Positions 11,709 to 26,500 of a stretch of 64,000 bases of DNA are shown one piece after another. Within the stretch, counting starts at the first letter, position 1, and the number at the start of each line of letters is the position of its first letter. The stretch comes from Eledone cirrhosa (taxonomy: Eukaryota): NCBI GenBank assembly GCA_964016885.1, contig OZ024741.1:247132001-247196000 (forward strand). Reading direction: 5' to 3'. The translations under genes were made by a program, and so were the position numbers. The notes under the pieces were generated by a model that was not told the origin of the DNA, made no database searches, and saw nothing but the letters and a program-made list of their open reading frames with translations.

Positions 11709-14700
11709 CCCCTTGGATGGCTAGATATTACCTCCCCTTGGACGGCTGGAAATTATCTCCCCTTGATTTTTTTTACAAATTATCTCCCCCTGATTTTTTT
11801 TTACAAATTATCTCCCCCTGATTTTTTTTTAAAAATTATCTCCCCCTGATTTTTGTTTACAAATTATCTCCGCCTGATTTTTTTTCAAAAATTATCTCCC
11901 CTTGGACGGCTGGAAATTATCTCCCCTTGGACGGCTAGAAATTACCTCTCCTTGGACGGCTGAAAATTATCTCCCCTTGGACGGCTGGAAATTATCTCCC
12001 CTTGATTTTTTTACAAATTATCTCCCCCTGATTTTTTTTTTACAAATTATCTCCCCCTGATTTTTTTTTACAAATTATCTACCCCTGATTTTTTTTACAA
12101 ATTATCTCCCCCTGATTTTTTTTACAAATTATCTCCCCCTGATTTTTTTTTACAAATTATCTCCCCCTGATTTTTTTACAAATTATCTCCCCCTGATTTT
12201 TTTTACAAATTATCTCCGCCTGATTTTTTTAAATATTATCTCTCCTTGGCTGGCGGGAAATTATCTCCCCTTGGACGGCTGGAAATTATCTCCCCTTGGA
12301 AGGATGGAAATTATCTCCCCTTGGACGGCTGGAAATTATCTACCCCTGATTTTTTTTACAAATTATCTCCCCCTGATTTTTTTACAAATTATCTCCCCCT
12401 GATTTTTTTTACAAATTATCTCCGCCTGATTTTTTTAAATGTTATCTCTCCTTGGCTGGCGGGAAATTATCTCCCCTTGGACGGCTGGAAATTATCTCCC
12501 CTTGGAAGGATGGAAATTATCTCCCCTTGGACGGCTGGAAATTATCTACCCCTGATTTTTTTTACAAATTATCTCCCCCTGATTTTTTTTACAAATTATC
12601 TCCCCCTGATTTTTTTTACAAATTATCTACCCCTGATTTTTTTTACAAATTATCTCCCCCTGATTTTTTTTACAAATTATCTCCCCCTGATTTTTTTTTT
12701 ACAAATTATCTCCCCCTGATTTTTTTTACAAATTATCTCCCCCTGATTTTTTTTACAAATTATCTCCGCCTGATTTTTTTAAATGTTATCTCTCCTTGGC
12801 TGGCGGGAAATTATCTCCCCTTGGACGGCTGGAAATTATCTCCCCTTGGAAGGATGGAAATTATCTCCCCTTGGACGGCTGGAAATTATCTACCCCTGAT
12901 TTTTTTTACAAATTATCTCCCCCTGATTTTTTTTACAAATTATCTCCCCCTGATTTTTTTTTACAAATTATCTACCCCTGATTTTTGTTTACAAATTATC
13001 TCCGCCTGATTTTTAAAAAAAAATTATCTCCCCTTGGACGGCTGGAAATTATCTCCCCTTGGACGGCTAGAAATTACCTCCTTGGACGGCTGAAAATTAT
13101 CTCCCCTTGGACGGCTGGAAATTATCTCCCCTTGATTTTTTTACAAATTATCTCCCCCTGATTTTTTTTTACAAATTATCTCCCCCTGATTTTTTTTTAC
13201 AAATTATCTACCCCTGATTTTTTTTACAAATTATCTCCCCCTGATTTTTTTTACAAATTATCTCCCCTGATTTTTTTTTACAAATTATCTCCCCCTGATT
13301 TTTTTACAAATTATCTCCCCCTGATTTTTTTTACAAATTATCTCCGCCTGATTTTTTTAAATATTATCTCTCCTTGGCTGGCGGGAAATTATCTCCCCTT
13401 GGACGGCTGGAAATTATCTCCCCTTGGAAGGATGGAAATTATCTCCCCTTGGACGGCTGGAAATTATCTACCCCTGATTTTTTTTACAAATTATCTCCCC
13501 CTGATTTTTTTACAAATTATCTCCCCCTGATTTTTTTTACAAATTATCTCCGCCTGATTTTTTTAAATGTTATCTCTCCTTGGCTGGCGGGAAATTATCT
13601 CCCCTTGGACGGCTGGAAATTATCTCCCCTTGGAAGGATTGAAATTATCTCCCCTTGGACGGCTGGAAATTATCTACCCCTGATTTTTTTTACAAATTAT
13701 CTCCCCCTGATTTTTTTTACAAATTATCTCCCCCTGATTTTTTTTTACAAATTATCTACCCCTGATTTTTTTACAAATTATCTCCCCTTGGCTGGCTGGA
13801 AATTATCTCCCCTTGGACGGCTAGAAATTACCTGTCCTTGGACGGCTGAAAATTATCTCCCCTTGGACGGCTGGAAATTATCTCCCCTTGATTTTTTTAC
13901 AAATTATCTCCCCCTGATTTTTTTTTTACAAATTATCTCCCCCTGATTTTTTTTTACAAATTATCTACCCCTGATTTTTTTTTACAAATTATCTCCCCTT
14001 GATTTTTTTTACAAATTATCTCCCCCTGATTTTTTTTTACAAATTATCTCCCCCTGATTTTTTTTTACAAATTATCTCCCCCTGATTTTTGTTTACAAAT
14101 TATCTCCGCCTGATTTTTTTAAAAAAATTATCTCCCCTTGGACGGCTGGAAATTATCTCCCCTTGGACGGCTAGAAATTACCTCTCCTTGGACGGCTGAA
14201 AATTATCTCCCCTTGGACGGCTGGAAATTATCTCCCCTTGATTTTTTTACAAATTATCTCCCCCTGATTTTTTTTTTACAAATTATCTCCCCCTGATTTT
14301 TTTTTACAAATTATCTACCCCTGATTTTTTTTTACAAATTATCTCCCCCTGATTTTTTTTACGAATTATCTCCCCCTGATTTTTTTTTACAAATTATCTC
14401 CCCCTGATTTTTTTAAATGTTATCTCTCCTTGGCTGGCGGGAAATTATCTCCCCTTGGACGGCTGGAAATTATCTCCCCTTGGAAGGATGGAAATTATCT
14501 CCCCTTGGACGGCTGAAAATTATCTACCCCTGATTTTTTTTACAAATTATCTCCCCCTGATTTTTTTACAAATTATCTCCGCCTGATTTTTTTAAATGTT
14601 ATCTCTCCTTGGCTGGCGGGAAATTATCTCCCCTTGGACGGCTGGAAATTATCTCCCCTTGGAAGGATGGAAATTATCTCCCCTTGGACGGCTGAAAATT

Positions 14701-17700
14701 ATCTACCCCTGATTTTTTTTACAAATTATCTCCCCCTGATTTTTTTTACAAATTATCTCCCCCTGATTTTTTTTACAAATTATCTACCCCTGATTTTTTT
14801 TACAAATTATCTCCCCCTGATTTTTTTTACAAATTATCTCCCCCTGATTTTTTTTTACAAATTATCTCCCCCTGATTTTTTTTTTACAAATTATCTCCCC
14901 CTGATTTTTTTACAAATTATCTCCCCCTGATTTTTTTTACAATCTCCGCCTGATTTTTTAAAAAATTATCTTCCCTTGGCTGGCGGGAAATTATCTCCCC
15001 TTGGACGGCTGGAAATTATCTCCCCTTGGAAGGATGGAAATTATCTCCCCTTGGACGGCTGGAAATTATCTCCCCTTGCACGGCTGGAAATTATAGCCCC
15101 TTGGAGGGCTGGAAATTATCTCCCCTTGATATTTTTTACAAATTATCTCCCCCTGATTTTTTTTTCAAATTATCTCCCCCTGATTTTTTTTACAAATTAT
15201 CTCCCCCCTGATTTTTTTACAAATTATCTCCCCTTGGCTGGCTGGAAATTATCTCCCCTTGGAGGCTGGAACTTATCTCCCCTTGGACGGCTAGAAATTA
15301 CCTCTCCTTGGACGGCTGGAAAATATGTCTCCTTGGACGGCTGGATATTATCTCCCCTTGGACGGCTGGAAATTATCTCCCCTTGGACGGCTGGAAATTA
15401 TCTCCCCTTGGATGGCTAGATATTACCTCTCCTTGGACGGCTGAAAATTATCTCCCCTTGGACGGCTGGAAATTATCTCCCCTTGATTTTTTTACAAATT
15501 ATCTCCCCCTGATTTTTTTTTACAAATTATCTCCCCCTGATTTTTTTTTACAAATTATCTACCCCTGATTTTTTTTTACAAATTATCTCCCCCTGATTTT
15601 TTTTACAAATTATCTCCCCCTGATTTTTTTTTACAAATTATCTCCCCCTGATTTTTTTACAAATTATCTCCCCCTGATTTTTTTTACAAATTATCTCCGC
15701 CTGATTTTTTTAAATATTATCTCTCCTTGGCTGGCGGGAAATTATCTCCCCTTGGACGGCTGGAAATTATCTCCCCTTGGAAGGATGGAAATTATCTCCC
15801 CTTGGACGGCTGGAAATTATCTACCCCTGATTTTTTTTATAAATTATCTCCCCCTGATTTTTTTACAAATTATCTTCCCCTGATTTTTTTACAAATTATC
15901 TCCGCCTGAATTTTTTAAATGTTATCTCTCCTTGGCTGGCGGGAAATTATCTCCCCTTGGACGGCTGGAAATTATCTCCCCTTGGAAGGATGGAAATTAT
16001 CTCCCCTTGGAGGGCTGAAAATTATCTACCCCTGATTTTTTTTACAAATTATCTCCCCCTGATTTTTTTTACAAATTATCTCCCCCTGATTTTTTTTACA
16101 AATTATCTACCCCTGATTTTTTTTACAAATTATCTCCCCCTGATTTTTTTTACAAATTATCTCCCCCTGATTTTTTTTTTACAAATTATCTCCCCCTGAT
16201 TTTTTTACAAATTATCTCCCCCTGATTTTTTTTTTACAAATTATCTCCCCCTGATTTTTTTACAAATTATCTCCCCTTGGCTGGCTGGAAATTATCTCCC
16301 CTTGGAGGCAGGAACTTATCTCCCCTTGGACGGCTAGAAATTACCTCTCCTTGGACGGCTGGAAAATATGTCTCCTTGGACGGCTGGATATTATCTCCCC
16401 TTGGACGGCTGGAAATTATCTCCCCTTGGACGGCTGGAAATTATCTCCCCTTGGATGGCTAGATATTACCTCCCCTTGGACGGATGGAAATTATCTCCCC
16501 TTGATTTTTTTTACAAATTATCTCCCCCTGATTTTTTTTTACAAATTATCTCCCCCTGATTTTTTTTTACAAATTATCTCCCCCTGATTTTTGTTTACAA
16601 ATTATCTCCGCCTGATTTTTAAAAAAAAATTATCTCCCCTTGGACGGCTGGAAATTATCTCCCCTTGGACGGCTGGAAATTATCTCCCCTTGATTTTTTT
16701 TACAAATTATCTCCCCCTGATTTTTTTTTACAAATTATCTCCCCCTGATTTTTTTTTACAAATTATCTCCCCCTGATTTTTTTTTACAAATTATCTCCCC
16801 CTGATTTTTTTTACAAATTATCTCCCCCCTGATTTTTTAACAAATTATCTCCCCTTGGCTGGCTGGAAATTATCTCCCCTTGGAGGCTGGAACTTATCTC
16901 CCCTTGGACGGCTAGAAATTACCTCTCCTTGGACGGCTGGAAAATATGTCTCCTTGGACGGCTGGATATTATCTCCCCTTGGACGGCTGGAAATTATCTC
17001 CCCTTGGACGGCTGGAAATTATCTCCCCTTGGATGGCTAGATATTACCTCCCCTTGGACGGCTGGAAATTATCTCCCTTTGATTTTTTTTACAAATTATC
17101 TCCCCCTGATTTTTTTTTACAAATTATCTCCCCCTGATTTTTTTTTACAAATTATCTCCCCCTGATTTTTGTTTACAAATTATCTCCGCCTGATTTTTTT
17201 TTAAAAATTATCTCCCCTTGGACGGCTGGAAATTATCTCCCCTTGGACGGCTAGAAATTACCTCTCCTTGGACGGCTGAAAATTATCTCCCCTTGGACGG
17301 CTGGAAATTATCTCCCCTTGATTTTTTTACAAATTATCTCCCCCTGATTTTTTTTTTACAAATTATCTCCCCCTGATTTTTTTTTACAAATTATCTACCC
17401 CTGATTTTTTTTTACAAATTATCTCCCCCTGATTTTTTTTACAAATTATCTCCCCCTGATTTTTTTTTACAAATTATCTCCCCCTGATTTTTTTACAAAT
17501 TATCTCCCCCTGATTTTTTTTACAAATTATCTCCGCCTGATTTTTTTAAATATTATCTCTCCTTGGCTGGCGGGAAATTATCTCCCCTTGGACGGCTGGA
17601 AATTATCTCCCCTTGGAAGGATGGAAATTATCTCCCCTTGGACGGCTAGAAATTATCTCTCTTTGGACGGCTGGAAATTATCACCCCTTGAGTTTTTTAC

Positions 17701-20189
17701 AAATTATCTCCCCCTGATTTTTTTTACAAATCTCCCAGTGATTTTTAAAAAAAAATTATCTCCCCTTCGCTGGCTGGAAATTATCTCCCCTTGGACGCTG
17801 GAAATTATAGCCCCTTGGAGGGCTTGAAATTATCTTCCCTTGGACGGCTGGAAATTATCTCCCCTTGATTTTTTTTTACAAATTATCTCCCCCTGATTTT
17901 TTTTTACAAATTATCTCCCCCTGATTTTTTTTTACAACTTATCTGCGCCTGATTTTTTAAAAAAAATTATCTCCCCTTGGACGGCTGGAAATTATCTCCC
18001 CTTGGACGGCTGGAAATTATCTCTCCTTGGACGGCTAGAATTTACCTCTCCTTGGACGGCTGAAAATTATCTCCCCTTGGACGGCTGGAAATTATCTCCC
18101 CTTGATTTTTTTTACAAATTAATTATCTCCCCCGGATTTTTTTTTACGAATTATCTCCCCCTGATTTTTTTTTACAAATTATCTCCCCCTGATTTTTTTT
18201 TACAAATTATCTCCCCCTGATTTTTTTACAAATTATCTCCCCTTGGCTGGCTGGAAATTATCTCCCCTAGGAGGCTGGAACTTATCTCCCCTTGGACGGC
18301 TAGAAATTACCTCTCTTTGGACGGCTGGAAAATATGTCTCCTTGGACGGCTGGATATTATCTCCCCTTGGACGGCTGGAAATTATCTCCCCTTGGACGGC
18401 TGGAAATTATCTCCCCTTGGATGGCTAGATATTACCTCCCCTTGGACGGCTGGAAATTATCTCCCCTTGATTTTTTTTACAAATTATCTCCCCCTGATTT
18501 TTTTTTACAAATTATCTCCCCCTGATTTTTTTTTACAAATTATCTCCCCCTGATTTTTTTACAAATTATCTCCCCCTGATTTTTTTTACAATCTCCGCCT
18601 GATTTTTTTAAAAATTATCTTCTCTTGGCTGGCTGGAAATTATCTCCCCTTGGACACTGGAAATTATAGCCACTTGGAGGGCTGGAAATTATCTTCCCTT
18701 GGACGGCTGGAAATTATCACCCCTTGATTTTTTTTACAAATTATCTCCGCCTGATTTTTTTTACAAATTATCTCCCCCTGATTTTTTTTTACAAATTATC
18801 TAACCCTGATTTTTTTTTACAAATTATCTCCCCCTGATTTTTTTTACAAATTATCTCCCCCTGATTTCTCTTTTACAAATTATCTCCCCCTGATTTTTTT
18901 ACAAATTATCTCCCCCTGATTTTTTTTACAAATTATCTCCGCCTGATTTTTTTAAATATTATCTTCCCTTGGCTGGCGGGAAATTATCTCCCCTTGGACG
19001 GCTGGAAATTATCTACCCTTGATTTTCTTTTTACAAATTATCTTCCACTGATTTTTTTTACAAATTATCTCCACCTGATTTTTTAAAAAATTATCTCCCC
19101 TTGGAAGGCTGGAAATTATCTCCCCTTGGCTGGAAATTATCTCCCCTTGGACGGCTAGAAATTATCTCTCTTTGGACGGCTGGAAATTATCACCCCTTGA
19201 GCTTTTTACAAATTATCTCCCCCTGATTTTTTTTACAAATCTCCCTGTGATTTTTAAAAAAAAATTATCTCCCCTTCGCTGGCTGGAAATTATCTCCCCT
19301 TGGACGCTGGAAATTATAGCCCCTTGGAGGGCTGGAAATTATCTTCCCTTGGACGGCTGGAAATTATCTCCCCTTGATTTTTTTTACAAATTATCTCCCC
19401 CTGATTTTTTTTACAAATTATCTCCCCCTGATTTTTTTTACAACTTATCTGCGCCTGATTTTTTTTAAAAAATTATCTCCCCTTGGACGGCTGGAAATTA
19501 TCTCCCCTTGGACGGCTGGAAATTATCTCTCCTTGGACGGCTAGAATTTACCTCTCCTTGGACGGCTGAAAATTATCTCCCCTTGGACGGCTGGAAATTA
19601 TCTCCCCTTGATTTTTTTTACAAATTATCTCCCCCTGATTTTTTTTTACAAATTATCTCCCCCTGATTTTTTTTTACAAATTATCTCCCCCTGATTTTTT
19701 TTTACAAATTATCTACCCCTGATTTTTTTTTACAAATTATCTCCCCTTGGCTGGCTGGAAATTATCTCCCCTTGGAGGCTGGAACTTATCTCCCCTTGGA
19801 CGGCTAGAAATTACCTCTCCTTGGACGGCTGGAAAATATGTCTCCTTGGACGGCTGGATATTATCTCCCCTTGGACGGCTGGAAATTATCTCCCCTTGGA
19901 CGGCTGAAAATTATCTCCCCTTGATTTTTTTTACAAATTATCTCCCCCTGATTTTTTTTTACAAATTATCTCCCCCTGATTTTTGTTTACAAATTATCTC
20001 CGCCTGATTTTTTAAAAAAATTATCTCCCCTTGGACGGCTGGAAATTATCTCCCCCAGGACGGATAGAAATTACCTCTCCTTGGACGGCTGAAAATTATC
20101 TCCCCTTTGACGGCTGGAAATTATCTCCCCTTGATTTTTTTACAAATTATCTCCCCCTGATTTTTTTTTTACAAATTATCTCCCCCTGA

Positions 20190-23100
20190 TTTTTTTTTAC
20201 AAATTATCTACCTCTGATTTTTTTTTACAAATTATCTCCCCCTGATTTTTTTTACAAATTATCTCCCCCTGATTTTTTTTTACAAATTATCTCCCCCTGA
20301 TTTTTTTACAAATTATCTCCCCCTGATTTTTTTTACAAATTATCTCCGCCTGATTTTTTTAAATATTATCTCTCCTTGGCTGGCGGGAAATTATCTCCCC
20401 TTGGACGGCTGGAAATTATCTCCCCTTGGAAGGATGGAAATTATCTCCCCTTGGACGGCTGGAAATTATCTACCCCTGATTTTTTTTACAAATTATCTCC
20501 CCCTGATTTTTTTTACAAATTATCTCCCCCTGATTTTTTTTACAATTTATCTACCCCTGATTTTTTTTACAAATTATCTCCCCCTGATTTTTTTACAAAT
20601 TATCTCCCCCTGATTTTTTTTTTACAAATTATCTCACCCTGATTTTTTTACAAATTATCTCCCCCTGATTTTTTTTACAAATTATCTCCGCCTGATTTTT
20701 TTAAATATTATCTTCCCTTGGCTGGCGGGAAATTATCTCCCCTTGAAGGGCTGAAAATTATCTCCCCTTGGACGGCTGGAAATTATCTCCCCTTGATTTT
20801 TTTTACAAATTATCTCCCCCTGATTTTTTTTTACAAATTATCTCCCCCTGATTTTTTTTACAAATTATCTCCCCCTGATTTTTTTTTACAAATTATCTGC
20901 CGCTGATTTTTTTTACAAATTATCTCCCCCTGATTTTTTTACAAATTATCTCCCCTTGGCTGGCTGGAAATTACCTCCCCTTGGAGGCTGGAATTTATCT
21001 CCCCTTGGACGGCTAGAAATTACCTCTCCTTGGACGGCTGGAAAATATGTCTCCTTGGACGGCTGGATATTATCTCCCCTTGGACGGCTGGAAATTATCT
21101 CCCCTTGGACGGCTGGAAATTATCTCCCCTTGGACGGATAGATATTACCTCCCCTTGGACGGCTGGAAATTATCTCCCCTTGGACGGCTGGAAATTATCT
21201 CCCCATGGACGGCTGGAAATTATCTCCCCTTGGACGGCTAGAAATTATCTCTCCTTGGACGGCTGAAAATTATCTCCCCTTGGACGGCTGGAAATTATCT
21301 CCCGTTGGACGGCTGGAAATTATCTCGCCTTGGACGGCTAGAATTTACCTCTCCTTGGACGGCTGAAAATTATCTCCCCTTGGACGGCTGGAAATTATCT
21401 CCCCTTGATTTTTTTTACAAATTATCTCCCCCTGATTTTTTTTACAAATTATCTCCCCCTGATTTTTTTTTACAAATTATCTCCCCCTGATTTTTTTTTA
21501 CAAATTATCTCCCCCTGATTTTTTTTACAAATTATCTCCCCCCTGATTTTTTAACAAATTATCTCCCCTTGGCTGGCTGGAAATTATCTCCCCTTGGAGG
21601 CTGGAACTTATCTCCCCTTGGACGGCTAGAAATTACCTCTCCTTGGACGGCTGGAAAATATGTCTCCTTGGACGGCTGGATATTATCTCCCCTTGGACGG
21701 CTGGAAATTATCTCCCCTTGGACGGCTGGAAATTATCTCCCCTTGGATGGCTAGATATTACCTCCCCTTGGACGGCTGGAAATTATCTCCCTTTGATTTT
21801 TTTTACAAATTATCTCCCCCTGATTTTTTTTTACAAATTATCTCCCCCTGATTTTTTTTTACAAATTATCTACCCCTGATTTTTTTTTACAAATTATCTC
21901 CCCCTGATTTTTTTTACAAATTATCTCCCCCTGATTTTTTTTTACAAATTATCTCCCCCTGATTTTTTTACAAATTATCTCCCCCTGATTTTTTTTACAA
22001 ATTATCTCCGCCTGATTTTTTTAAATATTATCTCTCCTTGGCTGGCGGGAAATTATCTCCCCTTGGACGGCTGGAAATTATCTCCCCTTGGAAGGATGGA
22101 AATTATCTCCCCTTGGACGGCTGGAAATTATCTACCCCTGATTTTTTTTACAAATTATCTCCCCCTGATTTTTTTTACAAATTATCTCCCCCTGATTTTT
22201 TTTACAAATTATCTACCCCTGATTTTTTTTACAAATTATCTCCCCCTGATTTTTTTTACAAATTATCTCCCCCTGATTTTTTTTTTACAAATTATCTCAC
22301 CCTGATTTTTTTACAAATTATCTCCTCCTGATTTTTTTTACAAATTATCTCCGCCTGATTTTTTTAAATATTATCTTCCCTTGGCTGGCGGGAAATTATC
22401 TCCCCTTGAAGGGCTGAAAATTATCTCCCCTTGGACGGCTGGAAATTATCTCCCCTTGATTTTTTTTACAAATTATCTCCCCCTGATTTTTTTTTACAAA
22501 TTATCTCCCCCTGATTTTTTTTACAAATTATCTCCCCCTGATTTTTTTTTACAAATTATCTGCCGCTGATTTTTTTTACAAATTATCTCCCCCTGATTTT
22601 TTTACAAATTATCTCCCCTTGGCTGGCTGGAAATTACCTCCCCTTGGAGGCTGGAATTTATCTCCCCTTGGACGGCTAGAAATTACCTCTCCTTGGACGG
22701 CTGGAAAATATGTCTCCTTGGACGGCTGGATATTATCTCCCCTTGGACGGCTGGAAATTATCTCCCCTTGGACGGCTGGAAATTATCTCCCCTTGGACGG
22801 ATAGATATTACCTCCCCTTGGACGGCTGGAAATTATCTCCCCTTGGACGGCTGGAAATTATCTCCCCATGGACGGCTGGAAATTATCTCCCCTTGGACGG
22901 CTAGAAATTATCTCTCCTTGGACGGCTGAAAATTATCTCCCCTTGGACGGCTGGAAATTATCTCCCGTTGGACGGCTGGAAATTATCTCGCCTTGGACGG
23001 CTAGAATTTACCTCTCCTTGGACGGCTGAAAATTATCTCCCCTTGGACGGCTGGAAATTATCTCCCCTTGATTTTTTTTACAAATTATCTCCCCCTGATT

Positions 23101-23535
23101 TTTTTTTACAAATTATCTCCCCCTGATTTTTTTTTACAAATTATCTCCCCCTGATTTTTTTTTACAAATTATCTCCCCCTGATTTTTTTTACAAATTATC
23201 TCCCCCCTGATTTTTTAACAAATTATCTCCCCTTGGCTGGCTGGAAATTATCTCCCCTTGGAGGCTGGAACTTATCTCCCCTTGGACGGCTAGAAATTAC
23301 CTCTCCTTGGACGGCTGGAAAATATGTCTCCTTGGACGGCTGGATATTATCTCCCCTTGGACGGCTGGAAATTATCTCCCCTTGGACGGCTGGAAATTAT
23401 CTCCCCTTGGATGGCTAGATATTACCTCCCCTTGGACGGCTGGAAATTATCTCCCTTTGATTTTTTTTACAAATTATCTCCCCCTGATTTTTTTTTACAA
23501 ATTATCTCCCCCTGATTTTTTTTTACAAATTATCT
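20190..23535 (+). repeat. Tandem duplication, unit about 1.66 kb
   Basis: Offsets: 20376/22038 = 1662, 20718/22381 and 20956/22619 = 1663, 21569/23233 = 1664. Shared variants include TTGAAGGGCTGAAA, CTGCCGCTGA and CCCCATGG. Confidence 0.88.
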
Positions 23536-26500
23536 CCCCCTGATTTTTGTTTACAAATTATCTCCGCCTGATTTTTTTTTAAAAATTATCTCCCCTTGGA
23601 CGGCTGGAAATTATCTCCCCTTGGACGGCTAGAAATTACCTCTCCTTGGACGGCTGAAAATTATCTCCCCTTGGACGGCTGGAAATTATCTCCCCTTGAT
23701 TTTTTTACAAATTATCTCCCCCTGATTTTTTTTTTACAAATTATCTCCCCCTGATTTTTTTTTACAAATTATCTACCCCTGATTTTTTTTTACAAATTAT
23801 CTCCCCCTGATTTTTTTTACAAATTATCTCCCCCTGATTTTTTTTTACAAATTATCTCCCCCTGATTTTTTTACAAATTATCTCCCCCTGATTTTTTTTA
23901 CAAATTATCTCCGCCTGATTTTTTTAAATATTATCTCTCCTTGGCTGGCGGGAAATTATCTCCCCTTGGACGGCTGGAAATTATCTCCCCTTGGAAGGAT
24001 GGAAATTATCTCCCCTTGGACGGCTAGAAATTATCTCTCTTTGGACGGCTGGAAATTATCACCCCTTGAGTTTTTTACAAATTATCTCCCCCTGATTTTT
24101 TTTACAAATCTCCCAGTGATTTTTAAAAAAAAATTATCTCCCCTTCGCTGGCTGGAAATTATCTCCCCTTGGACGCTGGAAATTATAGCCCCTTGGAGGG
24201 CTTGAAATTATCTTCCCTTGGACGGCTGGAAATTATCTCCCCTTGATTTTTTTTTACAAATTATCTCCCCCTGATTTTTTTTTACAAATTATCTCCCCCT
24301 GATTTTTTTTACAACTTATCTGCGCCTGATTTTTTTAAAAAAATTATCTCCCCTTGGACGGCTGGAAATTATCTCCCCTTGGACGGCTGGAAATTATCTC
24401 TCCTTGGACGGCTAGAATTTACCTCTCCTTGGACGGCTGAAAATTATCTCCCCTTGGACGGCTGGAAATTATCTCCCCTTGATTTTTTTTACAAATTATC
24501 TCCCCCGGATTTTTTTTTACGAATTATCTCCCCCTGATTTTTTTTTACAAATTATCTCCCCCTGATTTTTTTTTACAAATTATCTCCCCCTGATTTTTTT
24601 ACAAATTATCTCCCCCTGATTTTTTTTACAAATTATCTCCGCCTGATTTTTTTAAATATTATCTCTCCTTGGCTGGCGGGAAATTATCTCCCCTTGGACG
24701 GCTGGAAATTATCTCCCCTTGGAAGGATGGAAATTATCTCCCCTTGGACGGCTGGAAATTATCTACCCCTGATTTTTTTTACAAATTATCTCCCCCTGAT
24801 TTTTTTTACAAATTATCTCCCCCTGATTTTTTTTACAAATTATCTACCCCTGATTTTTTTTACAAATTATCTCCCCCTGATTTTTTTTACAAATTATCTC
24901 CCCCTGATTTTTTTTTTACAAATTATCTCACCCTGATTTTTTTACAAATTATCTCCTCCTGATTTTTTTTACAAATTATCTCCGCCTGATTTTTTTAAAT
25001 ATTATCTTCCCTTGGCTGGCGGGAAATTATCTCCCCTTGAAGGGCTGAAAATTATCTCCCCTTGGACGGCTGGAAATTATCTCCCCTTGATTTTTTTTAC
25101 AAATTATCTCCCCCTGATTTTTTTTTACAAATTATCTCCCCCTGATTTTTTTTACAAATTATCTCCCCCTGATTTTTTTTTACAAATTATCTGCCGCTGA
25201 TTTTTTTTACAAATTATCTCCCCCTGATTTTTTTACAAATTATCTCCCCTTGGCTGGCTGGAAATTACCTCCCCTTGGAGGCTGGAATTTATCTCCCCTT
25301 GGACGGCTAGAAATTACCTCTCCTTGGACGGCTGGAAAATATGTCTCCTTGGACGGCTGGATATTATCTCCCCTTGGACGGCTGGAAATTATCTCCCCTT
25401 GGACGGCTGGAAATTATCTCCCCTTGGACGGATAGATATTACCTCCCCTTGGACGGCTGGAAATTATCTCCCCTTGGACGGCTGGAAATTATCTCCCCAT
25501 GGACGGCTGGAAATTATCTCCCCTTGGACGGCTAGAAATTATCTCTCCTTGGACGGCTGAAAATTATCTCCCCTTGGACGGCTGGAAATTATCTCCCGTT
25601 GGACGGCTGGAAATTATCTCGCCTTGGACGGCTAGAATTTACCTCTCCTTGGACGGCTGAAAATTATCTCCCCTTGGACGGCTGGAAATTATCTCCCCTT
25701 GATTTTTTTTACAAATTATCTCCCCCTGATTTTTTTTTACAAATTATCTCCCCCTGATTTTTTTTTACAAATTATCTCCCCCTGATTTTTTTTTACAAAT
25801 TATCTCCCCCTGATTTTTTTTACAAATTATCTCCCCCCTGATTTTTTAACAAATTATCTCCCCTTGGCTGGCTGGAAATTATCTCCCCTTGGAGGCTGGA
25901 ACTTATCTCCCCTTGGACGGCTAGAAATTACCTCTCCTTGGACGGCTGGAAAATATGTCTCCTTGGACGGCTGGATATTATCTCCCCTTGGACGGCTGGA
26001 AATTATCTCCCCTTGGACGGCTGGAAATTATCTCCCCTTGGATGGCTAGATATTACCTCCCCTTGGACGGCTGGAAATTATCTCCCTTTGATTTTTTTTA
26101 CAAATTATCTCCCCCTGATTTTTTTTTACAAATTATCTCCCCCTGATTTTTTTTTACAAATTATCTCCCCCTGATTTTTGTTTACAAATTATCTCCGCCT
26201 GATTTTTTTTTAAAAATTATCTCCCCTTGGACGGCTGGAAATTATCTCCCCTTGGACGGCTAGAAATTACCTCTCCTTGGACGGCTGAAAATTATCTCCC
26301 CTTGGACGGCTGGAAATTATCTCCCCTTGATTTTTTTACAAATTATCTCCCCCTGATTTTTTTTTTACAAATTATCTCCCCCTGATTTTTTTTTACAAAT
26401 TATCTACCCCTGATTTTTTTTTACAAATTATCTCCCCCTGATTTTTTTTACAAATTATCTCCCCCTGATTTTTTTTTACAAATTATCTCCCCCTGATTTT

